Counted from the stretch's first letter, positions 9,196-19,148 are shown. The stretch is DNA of 20,000 nt from Stramenopiles sp. TOSAG23-2 (GCA_900128395.1 LT649244.1:47611-67610), one strand, 5' to 3'. Numbers and translations are program-made. Notes: generated by a model not told the origin, from the letters alone.

Positions 9196-12100
9196 ATGAA
9201 TAAATTATGGATACCATATCATACATCCATGAAACAAATGTTGAGACGAAGACGATATGGAAATACATTAAATTATTATAATAATCATAATATTAGACTA
9301 TTACAAAAATATTCATCTACTTTAGAAAAAGAAGAATATACTAGGGTAGATCCAGTGGAACACGTTTTATTACGTCCTGGGATGTATGTCGGCGCAACAC
9401 AACGATCTAGTAGAGTAATGTGGCTTGTGAATCAAAATAATAGTGAAATGGAAAATGTAAATAAAGACGATGAAATTATAGATGCCACTTCTGCAATAAG
9501 TATTGGACAAGAAAAAATATCATTTACACCTGCATTATATAAAATTTTTGATGAAATACTTGCGAATGCAGCAGATAATGTTCAGCGAGATAGTAAAATG
9601 ACAAAGATCCACGTTGACATAGATGAAAATACTGGCGAAATATCCATATTTAACGATGGGGCTAGCATCCCAGTACGTATGCATGAAAAAGAAAAAATGT
9701 ACATACCAGAACTTGTTTTAGGTAATTTAATGACAGGGTCCAATTTTGATGATAATGTAGGTCGGTTAACAGGTGGCAGGCATGGGTTTGGTGCAAAATT
9801 AACAAATATATTTTCCAAACGTTTTGAAATTGAATGTGCCGATCCAAAAGAAGGTTTGCTATATAATCAAGTATGGGAAAATAATATGCAACAAAAATCC
9901 GTTCCACATATTGAGCCGTATAATAGCAAAAATGGTTATGTGCGAATAACATTTCAACCAGATTTTCATCGATTTAATATGGATACATTATCCGATGATG
10001 ATACATCTCGTGTTATGGAAAGAAGAGTCATCGATGTTGCTGGCGTGAACCCCCAGTTAGACGTGCAATTGAATGGAAAGAAAGTGCCGATATCCGATAC
10101 ATTTGGCTCGTATGCATCGTTGTATCAATCAAAAATAAATAAAGAACCAATAATATGTAAACCAAATAATCGTTGGGAGGTATGTGTTATGCCTTCACCT
10201 GATGGTATTTTTGAACAATTTAGTTTTGTTAATAGTTTAACTACTTTCCGTGGAGGTACACATGTTAATGTCATTGCAGATCAAATTGCACGTAATTTAG
10301 CACAACAAATCAATTCTAAACATGGTAAAATATTAGATCATCCCGTAACACCAATGCAAGTGAAATCACACATGTGGTTATTTGTAAAATGTTTAATTGA
10401 AAATCCATCTTTTGATTCGCAAACTAAAGAGTTTTTAGAAACGCCACCAAATGCATTTGGTAGCGTATGCTCTTTAAGTCCATCGTTCTTAAAAGATGTT
10501 TATCAAAACAGCGGCATTGTTGAGCGCGTAGTGGATTGGGCAAGGGCTAAGCAACAAGTTGAATTTATATCAAAAATGAAATCTCAGCCTAAATCGAAAT
10601 TGTTAAATATACCGAAATTAGAAGATGCGAATGATGCTGGTTCTGCAAAATCATTGGAGTGCTCGTTGATATTGACTGAAGGTGATTCAGCAAAGGCATT
10701 AGCAGTTGCTGGACTTTCAGTTGTCGGGCGTGATAAATACGGTGTATTTCCATTAAAAGGTAAAATGTTAAATGTGCGTGATGCACCTGCTAAACAAATT
10801 GTAAACAATGAAGAAATAAAAAATATTATATCGATATTGAATTTAGATATGAGAAAGAAATACAAAGGTGATGATTTAGCTGGTCAAGGTTTGCGTTATG
10901 GGCGTATTATTATCATGGCTGATCAGGATCATGATGGGTCGCATATCAAAGGTTTATTGTTGAATATGATAGCCTGTTTTTGGCCGGAATTGATTAAGAA
11001 AAAAGATTTTCTGTGTACTTTCAATACACCCATTGTGAAAGCATTTAAAAAAGGTCGTACAAAAAATAAAAAAGGGACCAAAACATTTTTCACATTGGCA
11101 AATTATAATAAATGGAAAACTTCCTTAACAGATGAGGAATTGAGAACATTTAATGTAAAATATTATAAAGGTCTGGGAACGAGCACAGCTGATGAAGCTC
11201 GATCATATTTTAGTCATTTAGATAAACATTTAGTTCCATTTTCACACGTAGGAGATGGTGATCGTGATTTTGAACGGTTGGATATGGCATTTCGCGGACA
11301 TCGCGCAGCAGATCGTCGGGAATGGCTATTGGGGCATTTGGAAAACGAAAAAACAAAGGAAGATGGAGATGGCCGGTTGCGTTTACAATCAAAAGTACCA
11401 ATATCAAAGTTTGTTGACGATGAATTGGTTTTATTTTCGTGTGCGGATAATATACGCAGCATTGGCAATGCTATTGATGGGTTAAAACCATCACAGCGTA
11501 AAGTCTTATATGCATGTTTCAAACGTAAATTAAAATCAGAAATTAAAGTTGCACAGCTGGCAGGTTATGTTAGCGAACATTCTGCGTACCACCATGGTGA
11601 AATGTCATTGCAAAGTACGATTATGGGTATGGCACAAGATTATGTTGGCTCCAATAACATTCCATTGCTATTTCCATCTGGACAATTTGGAACTCGTTTG
11701 CAAGGTGGAAAAGATAGTGCTAGTGCACGTTATATATTTACTAGGCTGCAAGCTGTTACACGTATGATATATCCAGTGGCTGATGATCCATTATTGACAT
11801 ACAATGATGATGATGGGTATTTAGTTGAACCAGAAATGTACGTGCCGATTATACCAATGGCTCTTGTTAATGGTATTGAAGGGATTGGCACAGGTTGGTC
11901 AACATCTGTTCCAATGTACAATCCATTGCATTTGATTCAATGGCTAATTGCGGATATGGAAGGTAAAAGTAAAAATAAGTTAATTCCATGGGTCCGTGGA
12001 TTTACTGGGGATATACGGCCAAAACGTGCCGTCAAAGGCTCTACCTCTGTTGCCACCTTTGAAAGCGCTGGTAAAGTCCACGTGAAAAACACTACTACTG

Positions 12101-12861
12101 TTGAAATAACTGAATTGCCAGTAAATCGATGGACGGAGGATCAAAAGCTTTTATTGACAAAATTATTAGCAAGTAAAACGATTACAAATTTTCGTGAACA
12201 TCATACAGAGGAGAAAGTTTCGTTTCGAATTACTTTGAAACGTAACCAATTGAAGGTACTAAATGATGAAGAAAAGTTGCTCCGATTGTTTAAATTAATA
12301 TCACCAATACATACATCAAATATGCATTTATTTGATGCTACTGGTACTATTAAGAAATTTCATACGCCGGAAGATGTAATTGAGGAATATTATCCAGTAC
12401 GATTGAATTTGTATGAAGATAGGAAAAACTATGAATTATCAAAATTGAGTGTGAAGAAAAAAATGCTTGATAATCGTTCTAGATTTATCGAAATGGTTAG
12501 TGATGGTAACATTGAAATTCAAAATCGTAACCGTGATGAAATTGCTGCATCATTATCAAGCAATGGATTCTTAACTAAATCTGCCATAAATGATTCAAAT
12601 ATGGAAATGGAAATGATTGATGGTGAAAACATTGAAGAAAATTCACATCTTGATTCAGCCGAATGGAAAGAGTATGATTATTTACTAAATATACCATTGT
12701 GGCAACTCAGTGCTGAAAGTGTTGAAACACTTCGAAAAGAAAATATAGAAATTAATGAGAAAGTTCATTTAGTGGAAAATACTTCAGCAGAAGCTATGTG
12801 GAAAAATGAATTGGGTACCTTGTCGAATTATTTGAGTACTAAAAATAAAGGTTATCAATAA
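9196..12861 (+). CDS. TOP2: DNA topoisomerase II (type IIA), probably organellar
   Basis: EHVLLRPGMYVG; GHKL motifs EILANAADN and GRHGFGAKL; TOPRIM motifs EGDSA, PLKGK and DQDHDG; YYKGLGTS; DGLKPSQRK; catalytic ASARYIFT (Tyr846, codon 11731). Arg-rich, acid-free N-terminal extension and no charged C-terminal tail. Confidence 0.97.
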   Translation: MNKLWIPYHTSMKQMLRRRRYGNTLNYYNNHNIRLLQKYSSTLEKEEYTRVDPVEHVLLRPGMYVGATQRSSRVMWLVNQNNSEMENVNKDDEIIDATSAISIGQEKISFTPALYKIFDEILANAADNVQRDSKMTKIHVDIDENTGEISIFNDGASIPVRMHEKEKMYIPELVLGNLMTGSNFDDNVGRLTGGRHGFGAKLTNIFSKRFEIECADPKEGLLYNQVWENNMQQKSVPHIEPYNSKNGYVRITFQPDFHRFNMDTLSDDDTSRVMERRVIDVAGVNPQLDVQLNGKKVPISDTFGSYASLYQSKINKEPIICKPNNRWEVCVMPSPDGIFEQFSFVNSLTTFRGGTHVNVIADQIARNLAQQINSKHGKILDHPVTPMQVKSHMWLFVKCLIENPSFDSQTKEFLETPPNAFGSVCSLSPSFLKDVYQNSGIVERVVDWARAKQQVEFISKMKSQPKSKLLNIPKLEDANDAGSAKSLECSLILTEGDSAKALAVAGLSVVGRDKYGVFPLKGKMLNVRDAPAKQIVNNEEIKNIISILNLDMRKKYKGDDLAGQGLRYGRIIIMADQDHDGSHIKGLLLNMIACFWPELIKKKDFLCTFNTPIVKAFKKGRTKNKKGTKTFFTLANYNKWKTSLTDEELRTFNVKYYKGLGTSTADEARSYFSHLDKHLVPFSHVGDGDRDFERLDMAFRGHRAADRREWLLGHLENEKTKEDGDGRLRLQSKVPISKFVDDELVLFSCADNIRSIGNAIDGLKPSQRKVLYACFKRKLKSEIKVAQLAGYVSEHSAYHHGEMSLQSTIMGMAQDYVGSNNIPLLFPSGQFGTRLQGGKDSASARYIFTRLQAVTRMIYPVADDPLLTYNDDDGYLVEPEMYVPIIPMALVNGIEGIGTGWSTSVPMYNPLHLIQWLIADMEGKSKNKLIPWVRGFTGDIRPKRAVKGSTSVATFESAGKVHVKNTTTVEITELPVNRWTEDQKLLLTKLLASKTITNFREHHTEEKVSFRITLKRNQLKVLNDEEKLLRLFKLISPIHTSNMHLFDATGTIKKFHTPEDVIEEYYPVRLNLYEDRKNYELSKLSVKKKMLDNRSRFIEMVSDGNIEIQNRNRDEIAASLSSNGFLTKSAINDSNMEMEMIDGENIEENSHLDSAEWKEYDYLLNIPLWQLSAESVETLRKENIEINEKVHLVENTSAEAMWKNELGTLSNYLSTKNKGYQ

Positions 12862-12974
12862 AAATTATATGCATCATATATATATATATTTTTATTTTAC
12901 ACACGCATAATTTATTTTTAATTTTTACTCATTATACGAAGTCGTATATTATATACATATCGTAACACATGTTT

Positions 12975-15644
12975 TCATACCTTTTCTTGAAAACCCGTTA
13001 ATGCTTCTTCCACTTTATCATTTAATTCATTGATAAATACATCTATTTCAACTAATCTATTCTTACCATTTTCCATTTTAATCCATTTTTCAAATTTCTT
13101 TTTTAAAGATTCAAGTGTCATTGGTCTATTGATTAAATCATCACGGAAAATTATATACATGCATTGATTTGTCGCTGAGATTAAATCAAACGTGAAATCT
13201 TCTAACATTTTGGAATCTGTAAAGAAATTCTTGTCATCATCATTATCATCATTGGGGTCATCCTTTTTTAATGATGATACAGGTGGATCTGGAAATTTTC
13301 GCAATATATCCATATAACCATTGTTAAATTTTTCTAGTGTGGCTAAAATAATTTCCTTTTCATCATTGAAAATGTTGCTGTGATTTAAAGCCATTTTACG
13401 ATTAATATTGTTGATAATCGTTCTATCACCACCACCAGTACCACTTCCATCACCTTCATCTTCGTCATCATCTCCATCAAGTTCCATATTATCCTCCAAC
13501 ATATCTTCATCGTATATTAAACCTCCCTTATCTAACACTTCTTCTAAATTCGCAATCATTGCATCGCGTTCTGTTACATATTCTTTTAAATTTGCCTCTT
13601 CCAATTGCGTCAATAACATACAATTGACTAATAGTTTTCTAATTTTAGCCGACAGTTCATATACATCTGAACGATGTATTGGTGTTTCCAATTCACAGTC
13701 ATTAACTTCCTTGCAATACGAATGCGTTAAACCAAACATACCAGGTGCATATACAGGTTTTCCATGCAAATAACATCTACCTGTTACTTTTGTTTTTATT
13801 TTATAATCACCATTTAAATCTGTATATTCATAAATTCGATGTATCATACATAAATCTTCATCTGCAAAATGCATTACAAATTCTTTATTGTTTGCTATAC
13901 AATATGCAACTAAAAATCGATTGCGAGGCTCAAAACAAAGAAATTCTTGCTTCATTCCAGGAAAATACAATTGTCCTGCGCCCCATTTAAATACAGGCAA
14001 GGCTTCCATGTCATCTTTATCCTTCAATGGTGCAAATATACTTCCATTTTCCTCATTTGAAAACTTCTGTGCACTATATACTGTCTTACCATATAATTTA
14101 TTAAATTCCATCACTCCATTTGTTGTTAGATTACAAAATGAATATTGTGAAGGAAGATCGTTATTATCATTTAATTCACGAAAAATGGTATATGTTGTCG
14201 CTTCATCAAAGACGTTCGTATCACCATCCTCGTTAGATGGGCCAATGCCTTGTTTGCAATAAGTACCAATCGATGGCAATGGAATTTTAGTATTGTTGTC
14301 ATTATTATTTACATTTACAATATGATTATTTACCAATTCGTTCCATGAATTCATTTCAAAATCATCATTGCCATAATAATGATTACCATGATAAGATGAA
14401 AACATCATCATTCCAGCAATATTATTCGTATAACCATTCTCATCGACATGGTCACCACCATCACTACCATGATCCTCCTGATCATTGTTGGATACCGATG
14501 ATAATAGATTTTTATCTACATATTCTTGCAAGGTGACGCATATATTACGTGCCATGAACATTGGATCCTCTTGTAACAATACTACTGATTCATCCTCTGC
14601 ATCGTCTACTATATCACCACTAAATTCAAACTTTGCAAAATTTGGTGCAATTTCACCTTTTTCTTCATCGTATTCCGTTACCCATTGATACTCCCTTCCT
14701 GGGCCATTGATACCATCAACTTCTGGAAACAATATACGATCATAATCTGGTATATACGAAAGCCATTGTCGTAACTCTGGATTAGTACTTAACGAGAAAA
14801 AATTACCATCGTGTATACTAGCATTTTCTAATCGAAATGAATTTGCATATGGTTGTGTCGTGATAATATCCATTGCAACATTGCCTTCAATGGATAACCC
14901 GGCAAACCCATTATAATGTATGTCATTGCCTAAAAATATACGATTGTAACTAATATTACCAACTTTAGATGCTTCTGGCATCAACCCATTGATTGGTCCA
15001 AGTACAGTATTCATATCATATGATGGTGTGGAAAAAAATAGCATATTTAAACTATTTTCATACTGTTCCTTATCTATTTTTAACCTATCAGAAAATAATT
15101 GCAAGCATTCCGGTGGCATTCCATCTTCTTCTGATGAAAATGTTAAAAGAGAACACTTATCATCGAAGGAACCTATCATTAATGAAGCTTCCACACCACT
15201 ATCTTTCGTATTTGTTACGTTCAAATCATCTTGTTTGATATTTCTTGAGTTACATAAGTTTATATTATCATTCCCAATAACAATATTGAAATTATCATTT
15301 AATAGAGCTAATATTTTTTTAATATCTTCATCTGTTTGATCTGTTGCGAAGAAAAAAGCAACTAAATGTTTATTTTTATTGTCAAAAATTAATGTATCGT
15401 TTGACTTTATCTTAGTAATTTCATTCGATATTTTGTCAACCAATGGTATGGTTACATCATCAATTAAAAATTCTTTTGATACAAAATGTAAATATCTTTT
15501 ATTATTGTAAAGGTGACTATTATTATTATTATTAAAATGCAGTGATTGTAGATTGGCATTACATAAAAATAAACATTGTCGTCTTGGGCGATATTTATTA
15601 CCAACGCTTCTGAAAAATGGTTTCGTATATTTAGTTAACATCAT
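12975..15644 (-). CDS. FIST-N/FIST-C plus Lon N-terminal (PUA-like) domain protein with presequence-like N-terminus
   Basis: FIST-like blocks MPEASKVGNIS..IFLGNDIHYNGFAGLSI and AGMMMFSS..PSIGTYCKQGIGP..TYTIFRE (aa ~95-490). Lon-N-like LPVF..LYFPG..FLCFEPRNRFLVAYC (from aa ~548). The 889-aa ORF is uninterrupted. Confidence 0.72.
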   Translation of the reverse strand: MMLTKYTKPFFRSVGNKYRPRRQCLFLCNANLQSLHFNNNNNSHLYNNKRYLHFVSKEFLIDDVTIPLVDKISNEITKIKSNDTLIFDNKNKHLVAFFFATDQTDEDIKKILALLNDNFNIVIGNDNINLCNSRNIKQDDLNVTNTKDSGVEASLMIGSFDDKCSLLTFSSEEDGMPPECLQLFSDRLKIDKEQYENSLNMLFFSTPSYDMNTVLGPINGLMPEASKVGNISYNRIFLGNDIHYNGFAGLSIEGNVAMDIITTQPYANSFRLENASIHDGNFFSLSTNPELRQWLSYIPDYDRILFPEVDGINGPGREYQWVTEYDEEKGEIAPNFAKFEFSGDIVDDAEDESVVLLQEDPMFMARNICVTLQEYVDKNLLSSVSNNDQEDHGSDGGDHVDENGYTNNIAGMMMFSSYHGNHYYGNDDFEMNSWNELVNNHIVNVNNNDNNTKIPLPSIGTYCKQGIGPSNEDGDTNVFDEATTYTIFRELNDNNDLPSQYSFCNLTTNGVMEFNKLYGKTVYSAQKFSNEENGSIFAPLKDKDDMEALPVFKWGAGQLYFPGMKQEFLCFEPRNRFLVAYCIANNKEFVMHFADEDLCMIHRIYEYTDLNGDYKIKTKVTGRCYLHGKPVYAPGMFGLTHSYCKEVNDCELETPIHRSDVYELSAKIRKLLVNCMLLTQLEEANLKEYVTERDAMIANLEEVLDKGGLIYDEDMLEDNMELDGDDDEDEGDGSGTGGGDRTIINNINRKMALNHSNIFNDEKEIILATLEKFNNGYMDILRKFPDPPVSSLKKDDPNDDNDDDKNFFTDSKMLEDFTFDLISATNQCMYIIFRDDLINRPMTLESLKKKFEKWIKMENGKNRLVEIDVFINELNDKVEEALTGFQEKV

Positions 15645-15877
15645 CTTTCATGTGCAAGCAAAAGGTTTTATAATATATTCGTGGAATATGTTGTTTGATA
15701 TAATGATATATAATCGTATATGTTACGTATATGTATCGATATATTCACATACTAATAATAAAATGTAAATTCAGTGTACCTAGGTAGTGTTAATGCAAAT
15801 GCACAAATCGAAAATCGAAGAAGATGGTCGGTAATTGGTAATGGAAAAGGACGAAGTACATTTGCACATTTCTAATT

Positions 15878-16050
15878 CTGGCATTCCATTCCAGCATTCC
15901 AGGCATTCCAGCATTCCTGGCCTTGCTGGCCGCTGGCCTTAGGGCTGGCCCAGCTGGCCCAGCTGGCCCAGGGCTGGCCCGGCTGGCATTCCACCCATTC
16001 CTGGCATTCTGGCTGGCTGGGCTGGCCTTAGCTGGCATTCCAGCATTACC
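15878..16050. repeat. GC-rich island of short GCATTCC and GCTGGCC units; possible non-autonomous mobile element core
   Basis: Abrupt GC rise. Clusters of gcattcc flank a central array of gctggcc(ca). The island is flanked by a 10-bp direct repeat AAGTACATTT (15854-15863 and 16051-16060). Confidence 0.8.
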
Positions 16051-16575
16051 AAGTACATTTATTCCTAGACTAGCTACTATGGCCATACCAGAATCTACAT
16101 TTGGCATACTTCACTAGATGGATGATGAGATGGATATATTCGTTATACTTGGTACGATATCAATACAGTCTTATTATGATGGTATTTCTATATAAAAATA
16201 CGATGTGAAACACACATCAGAGGGGTGTCCATAATACACGCCGTATACAAATATATATATATCATACAATATAAACTATTTATCCAATGAGATATAAAGA
16301 GAAATATATTTCATCAAAGTATATACATCATATCTAAACAACATTGAATTTGTATTTATTTATATAAATTACCCATCTTGAAATGTATTTTAGAATATAT
16401 TGATAGCAGTTTATTGATTGGTAGTCCATTGCATTGCCTTACACGTATAGTTCATTCAAGAAATGCGTGGGGGGAAAATCGATTTTGGATCAGCGAGGGA
16501 ATACCTGGGTGGGGATGGGCTGGTCAAGTGAAAGCAATTGCAAAAGAACACGAAGCGTCTTTGGATTGCGTAGAT

Positions 16576-16944
16576 TTACAAACATTGCGCGAATTTTCTT
16601 CTGCCGGAGAAAAAAATACAATGGTTTTCTTGGCTCTTTACATTGTAATATGGTGTATGTGACGAACGAATATAACTTTTACCATCAATATCATATTTTT
16701 GTTTATATAATGTATCTCTATAGGTTGTTATTTTTCTTTCTTTATTAGATGATGGCAATTCCTTACGTCGTTTTGGATTAATTCTCACAACTGGTGGTGT
16801 TGGTTTTAATAATGGAACATTAAAATTATTTATTGGTTTTTTATGCAAAGCTATACATCTTCCAATATTGACATTGTGTAATAATATTTCTTCTTTATCA
16901 CGATTATTGGAATCTTCATCTTTGTTGAAATTATCATAATTCAT
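16576..16944 (-). pseudogene. Coding-like 122-aa ORF of unknown function, possibly part of a degraded gene spanning ~16460-17130
   Basis: Asn/Lys/Pro-rich translation similar in composition to real genes here. Coding-like sequence continues past in-frame stops on both sides (LQRQQQHKQSKD upstream; TSPSPPRYSLADPK downstream). No recognisable domain. Confidence 0.3.
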
Positions 16945-17366
16945 GTCTTTGGATTGTTTATGTTGTTGTTGTCGTTGTAATTATATGCTGTGTGAACTGT
17001 GAAATGTGATCGTATATTGGGATGTGTATCAGTTCATCTCTCGTTTATTACATTTATTATGGAGGACGACGGAATAAAACGTTTTGATGTTTTTTGTTGT
17101 GGTATAACGTTTTTGCTTTCTTCATTATTTTCCTATGATGTGTAAGATATAGTACGGAGTAGTCGTATACTGGTATTATATATAAACAGCACTGCACTCA
17201 CATTCTCTTCAATTTATTTCCTTCTTACTTCATCACATAAAAAATATAAGTGGTTATTATTAATATATAAAATAGTAGAATAAATAGAACATACAGTAGT
17301 ATATATCAATAACTATACACAACAACAACCGTATAATAAAAAGCAAAACAATTGTGCAAAGAAAAA

Positions 17367-18059
17367 ATGAATAGGTTATTACATTTACAATGCACTAAAC
17401 GATATTTAAGAAGATCATGTACTAATTCTTCTTTGTTTATGAAAAATAATAACAATATAGAGAATAAAAAAAGAATGCCAAATTATATTTTTGATAAAAA
17501 ATCTTATAATAAAAAAGTATTAAATAATCCAATCAACAAACATAAACAATATCATCTACCATCTTTGTCTATTGTTAATAATTGTAACTGTCATCAAAAG
17601 CGTTTATTTTCAAAGACTACCGTAAAACAAAAGAAATCTGGAGGGAATGATGATAATTTTGATGAACAAGAAATGGCACAACTTTTGAAATCATTGGAAG
17701 AAGATAAGGAAACGGAAGAGTTACGAGAGATGAAATTTCCAGGTGTTCAAAGAGGGGAAAAAATGGTAATAATATTTACTTGTACTGTTTGTAATACACG
17801 GACTGGGAAGACTATTAGTAAACTTGCATATGAAGAAGGTGTAGTCATTGCACGTTGTCCAGGCTGTGAAAGCTTACATTTAGTTGCTGATCGTCTAAAT
17901 TATTTTGGAGATGAAAATTGGGATATTGAAAAATTTTTAAATGAACGTGGTGATAATATTAAATTAATTGATAGTGATGATAAATTATTACAAATTCAAA
18001 TGACTGATATTGTTGGCAGTACAAGTAATAAAAAGAAAGATGATGATGGGAGGCAATAA
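17367..18059 (+). CDS. DNLZ: DNL-type zinc finger protein (Zim17/Hep1/DNLZ, mitochondrial Hsp70 escort)
   Basis: FTCTVCNTR..YEEGVVIARCPGCESLHLVADRL matches zf-DNL. Basic N-terminal extension with KRLFS. First ATG at 17367 (the track start is TTG). Confidence 0.9.
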   Translation: MNRLLHLQCTKRYLRRSCTNSSLFMKNNNNIENKKRMPNYIFDKKSYNKKVLNNPINKHKQYHLPSLSIVNNCNCHQKRLFSKTTVKQKKSGGNDDNFDEQEMAQLLKSLEEDKETEELREMKFPGVQRGEKMVIIFTCTVCNTRTGKTISKLAYEEGVVIARCPGCESLHLVADRLNYFGDENWDIEKFLNERGDNIKLIDSDDKLLQIQMTDIVGSTSNKKKDDDGRQ

Positions 18060-18361
18060 AGAGAGACAAGAGAGCTGTATTTTTGTAAAAAATAAAAAGG
18101 TAATATGTAGGTGTACAATTATTTTCATTTTTTACTTTACGCACGCACACCACATAAATCGTTCGTAGTACGCGTACGTATATCTGTATCTAGAAGAAGT
18201 AGATGATAGAGATACAAAATAAAAAAAAGCACTTTTTATTATTTTTGTCATTTTTTATAAAATTAATATGATAATATGCATATTTCCCAACACTCAAAAT
18301 GAATCATCATAATATATATACATTAAAACAAAATATAATATATATTATATATATGCATCTA

Positions 18362-18828
18362 CTACATTGACAAATGTGCATCCATATTGGATTCGACAAT
18401 TTCAGCCTCTATTTTACATCCACCACCTGTACAATATCCAGGTCCTAATGTTGTTTTCGTATTGAAAAATTCACATAAACCACCTCTACATGTTGGGTTG
18501 AAACTTTCAAAAAATATACATCCTCCACCAGTACAAGTTGGATCCTAATAAAAAAAAAAGATAAAATAATAAATTAAGTTAGTTACTATACTACAAAAAT
18601 GAAGACGAAAGACTAAAACATTCCAAATATACTTACTTGTGACCTCCAAAATGTACATAATCCACCACTACAATCTATTGTTTCTTTACAATCTTTATAA
18701 TAACATCGACCTGTTTCACATGGTACATCACAACTTTTGTAACGAATATTTTTTTTTTTTCCAAAAGTTAAATTAACATTTCCACAAATTATTAATACGA
18801 TAATTAAAATAAATCTAAGGTCTAACAT
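18362..18828 (-). CDS. Small secreted Cys-rich CxGGxC-repeat protein, 2 exons (18828-18637, 18544-18362), 124 aa
   Basis: Hydrophobic signal peptide MLDLRFILIIVLIICG. A phase-0 splice joins ...TFWRSQ to DPTCTGGGCIFFESFNPTCRGGLCEFFNTKTTLGPGYCTGGGCKIEAEIVESNMDAHLSM*. The repeat motif continues across the junction. Confidence 0.85.
18545..18636 (-). other. 92-nt spliceosomal intron
   Basis: GTAAGT donor, AACTAAC branch-point-like motif, T-rich tract and TAG acceptor. Confidence 0.88.
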
Positions 18829-18954
18829 GTTGCTATTTATTTTCTATTCTTTCCCTCTTATTAATAATATACCATACAATAAATACTATTTTCCAATTAT
18901 TTGATATGTATACAATTCATCTCTATATTCTTTCTTTGGATAATACAGTATGTA

Positions 18955-19004
18955 TACATTTATACTTTGTGTATTTAATTTCAAGTTACATAAACCAATC
19001 ACAT
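18955..19004 (+). repeat. Left arm of ~50-bp inverted repeat (partner 19949-19998)
   Basis: 48/50 identity to the reverse complement of 19949-19998, including 39 bp perfect (18966-19004 vs 19949-19987). Confidence 0.95.
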
Positions 19005-19148
19005 TCATCCCAAGTTACGGGTTAGAGTATAGGGTTACTACCTATCAAATAACAACAATTTGTAGTTAAAAAGGGTATTAGAATACCGACATACCAATTC
19101 TATTATTAAAATTTAATAAAAATACACTATTTTTAAACTCTCTTCTCT

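Noticed and set aside
9582-15339. Numerous 60-125 aa ORFs antisense or out of frame within TOP2 and the FIST-Lon gene
   Set aside because: Shadow ORFs of long genuine coding sequences.
15790-16117. Collagen-like ORFs (GPAGPAGP) on both strands
   Set aside because: By-product of a 9-bp GCTGGCCCA DNA repeat; only three triplets, non-ATG or weak starts, and GC content unlike genuine genes here.
16122-16200. C/D box snoRNA (ATGATGA C box)
   Set aside because: No CTGA D box or terminal stem at a suitable distance.
19019-19038. Telomere-like GGGTTA motifs
   Set aside because: Only two non-tandem copies; insufficient.
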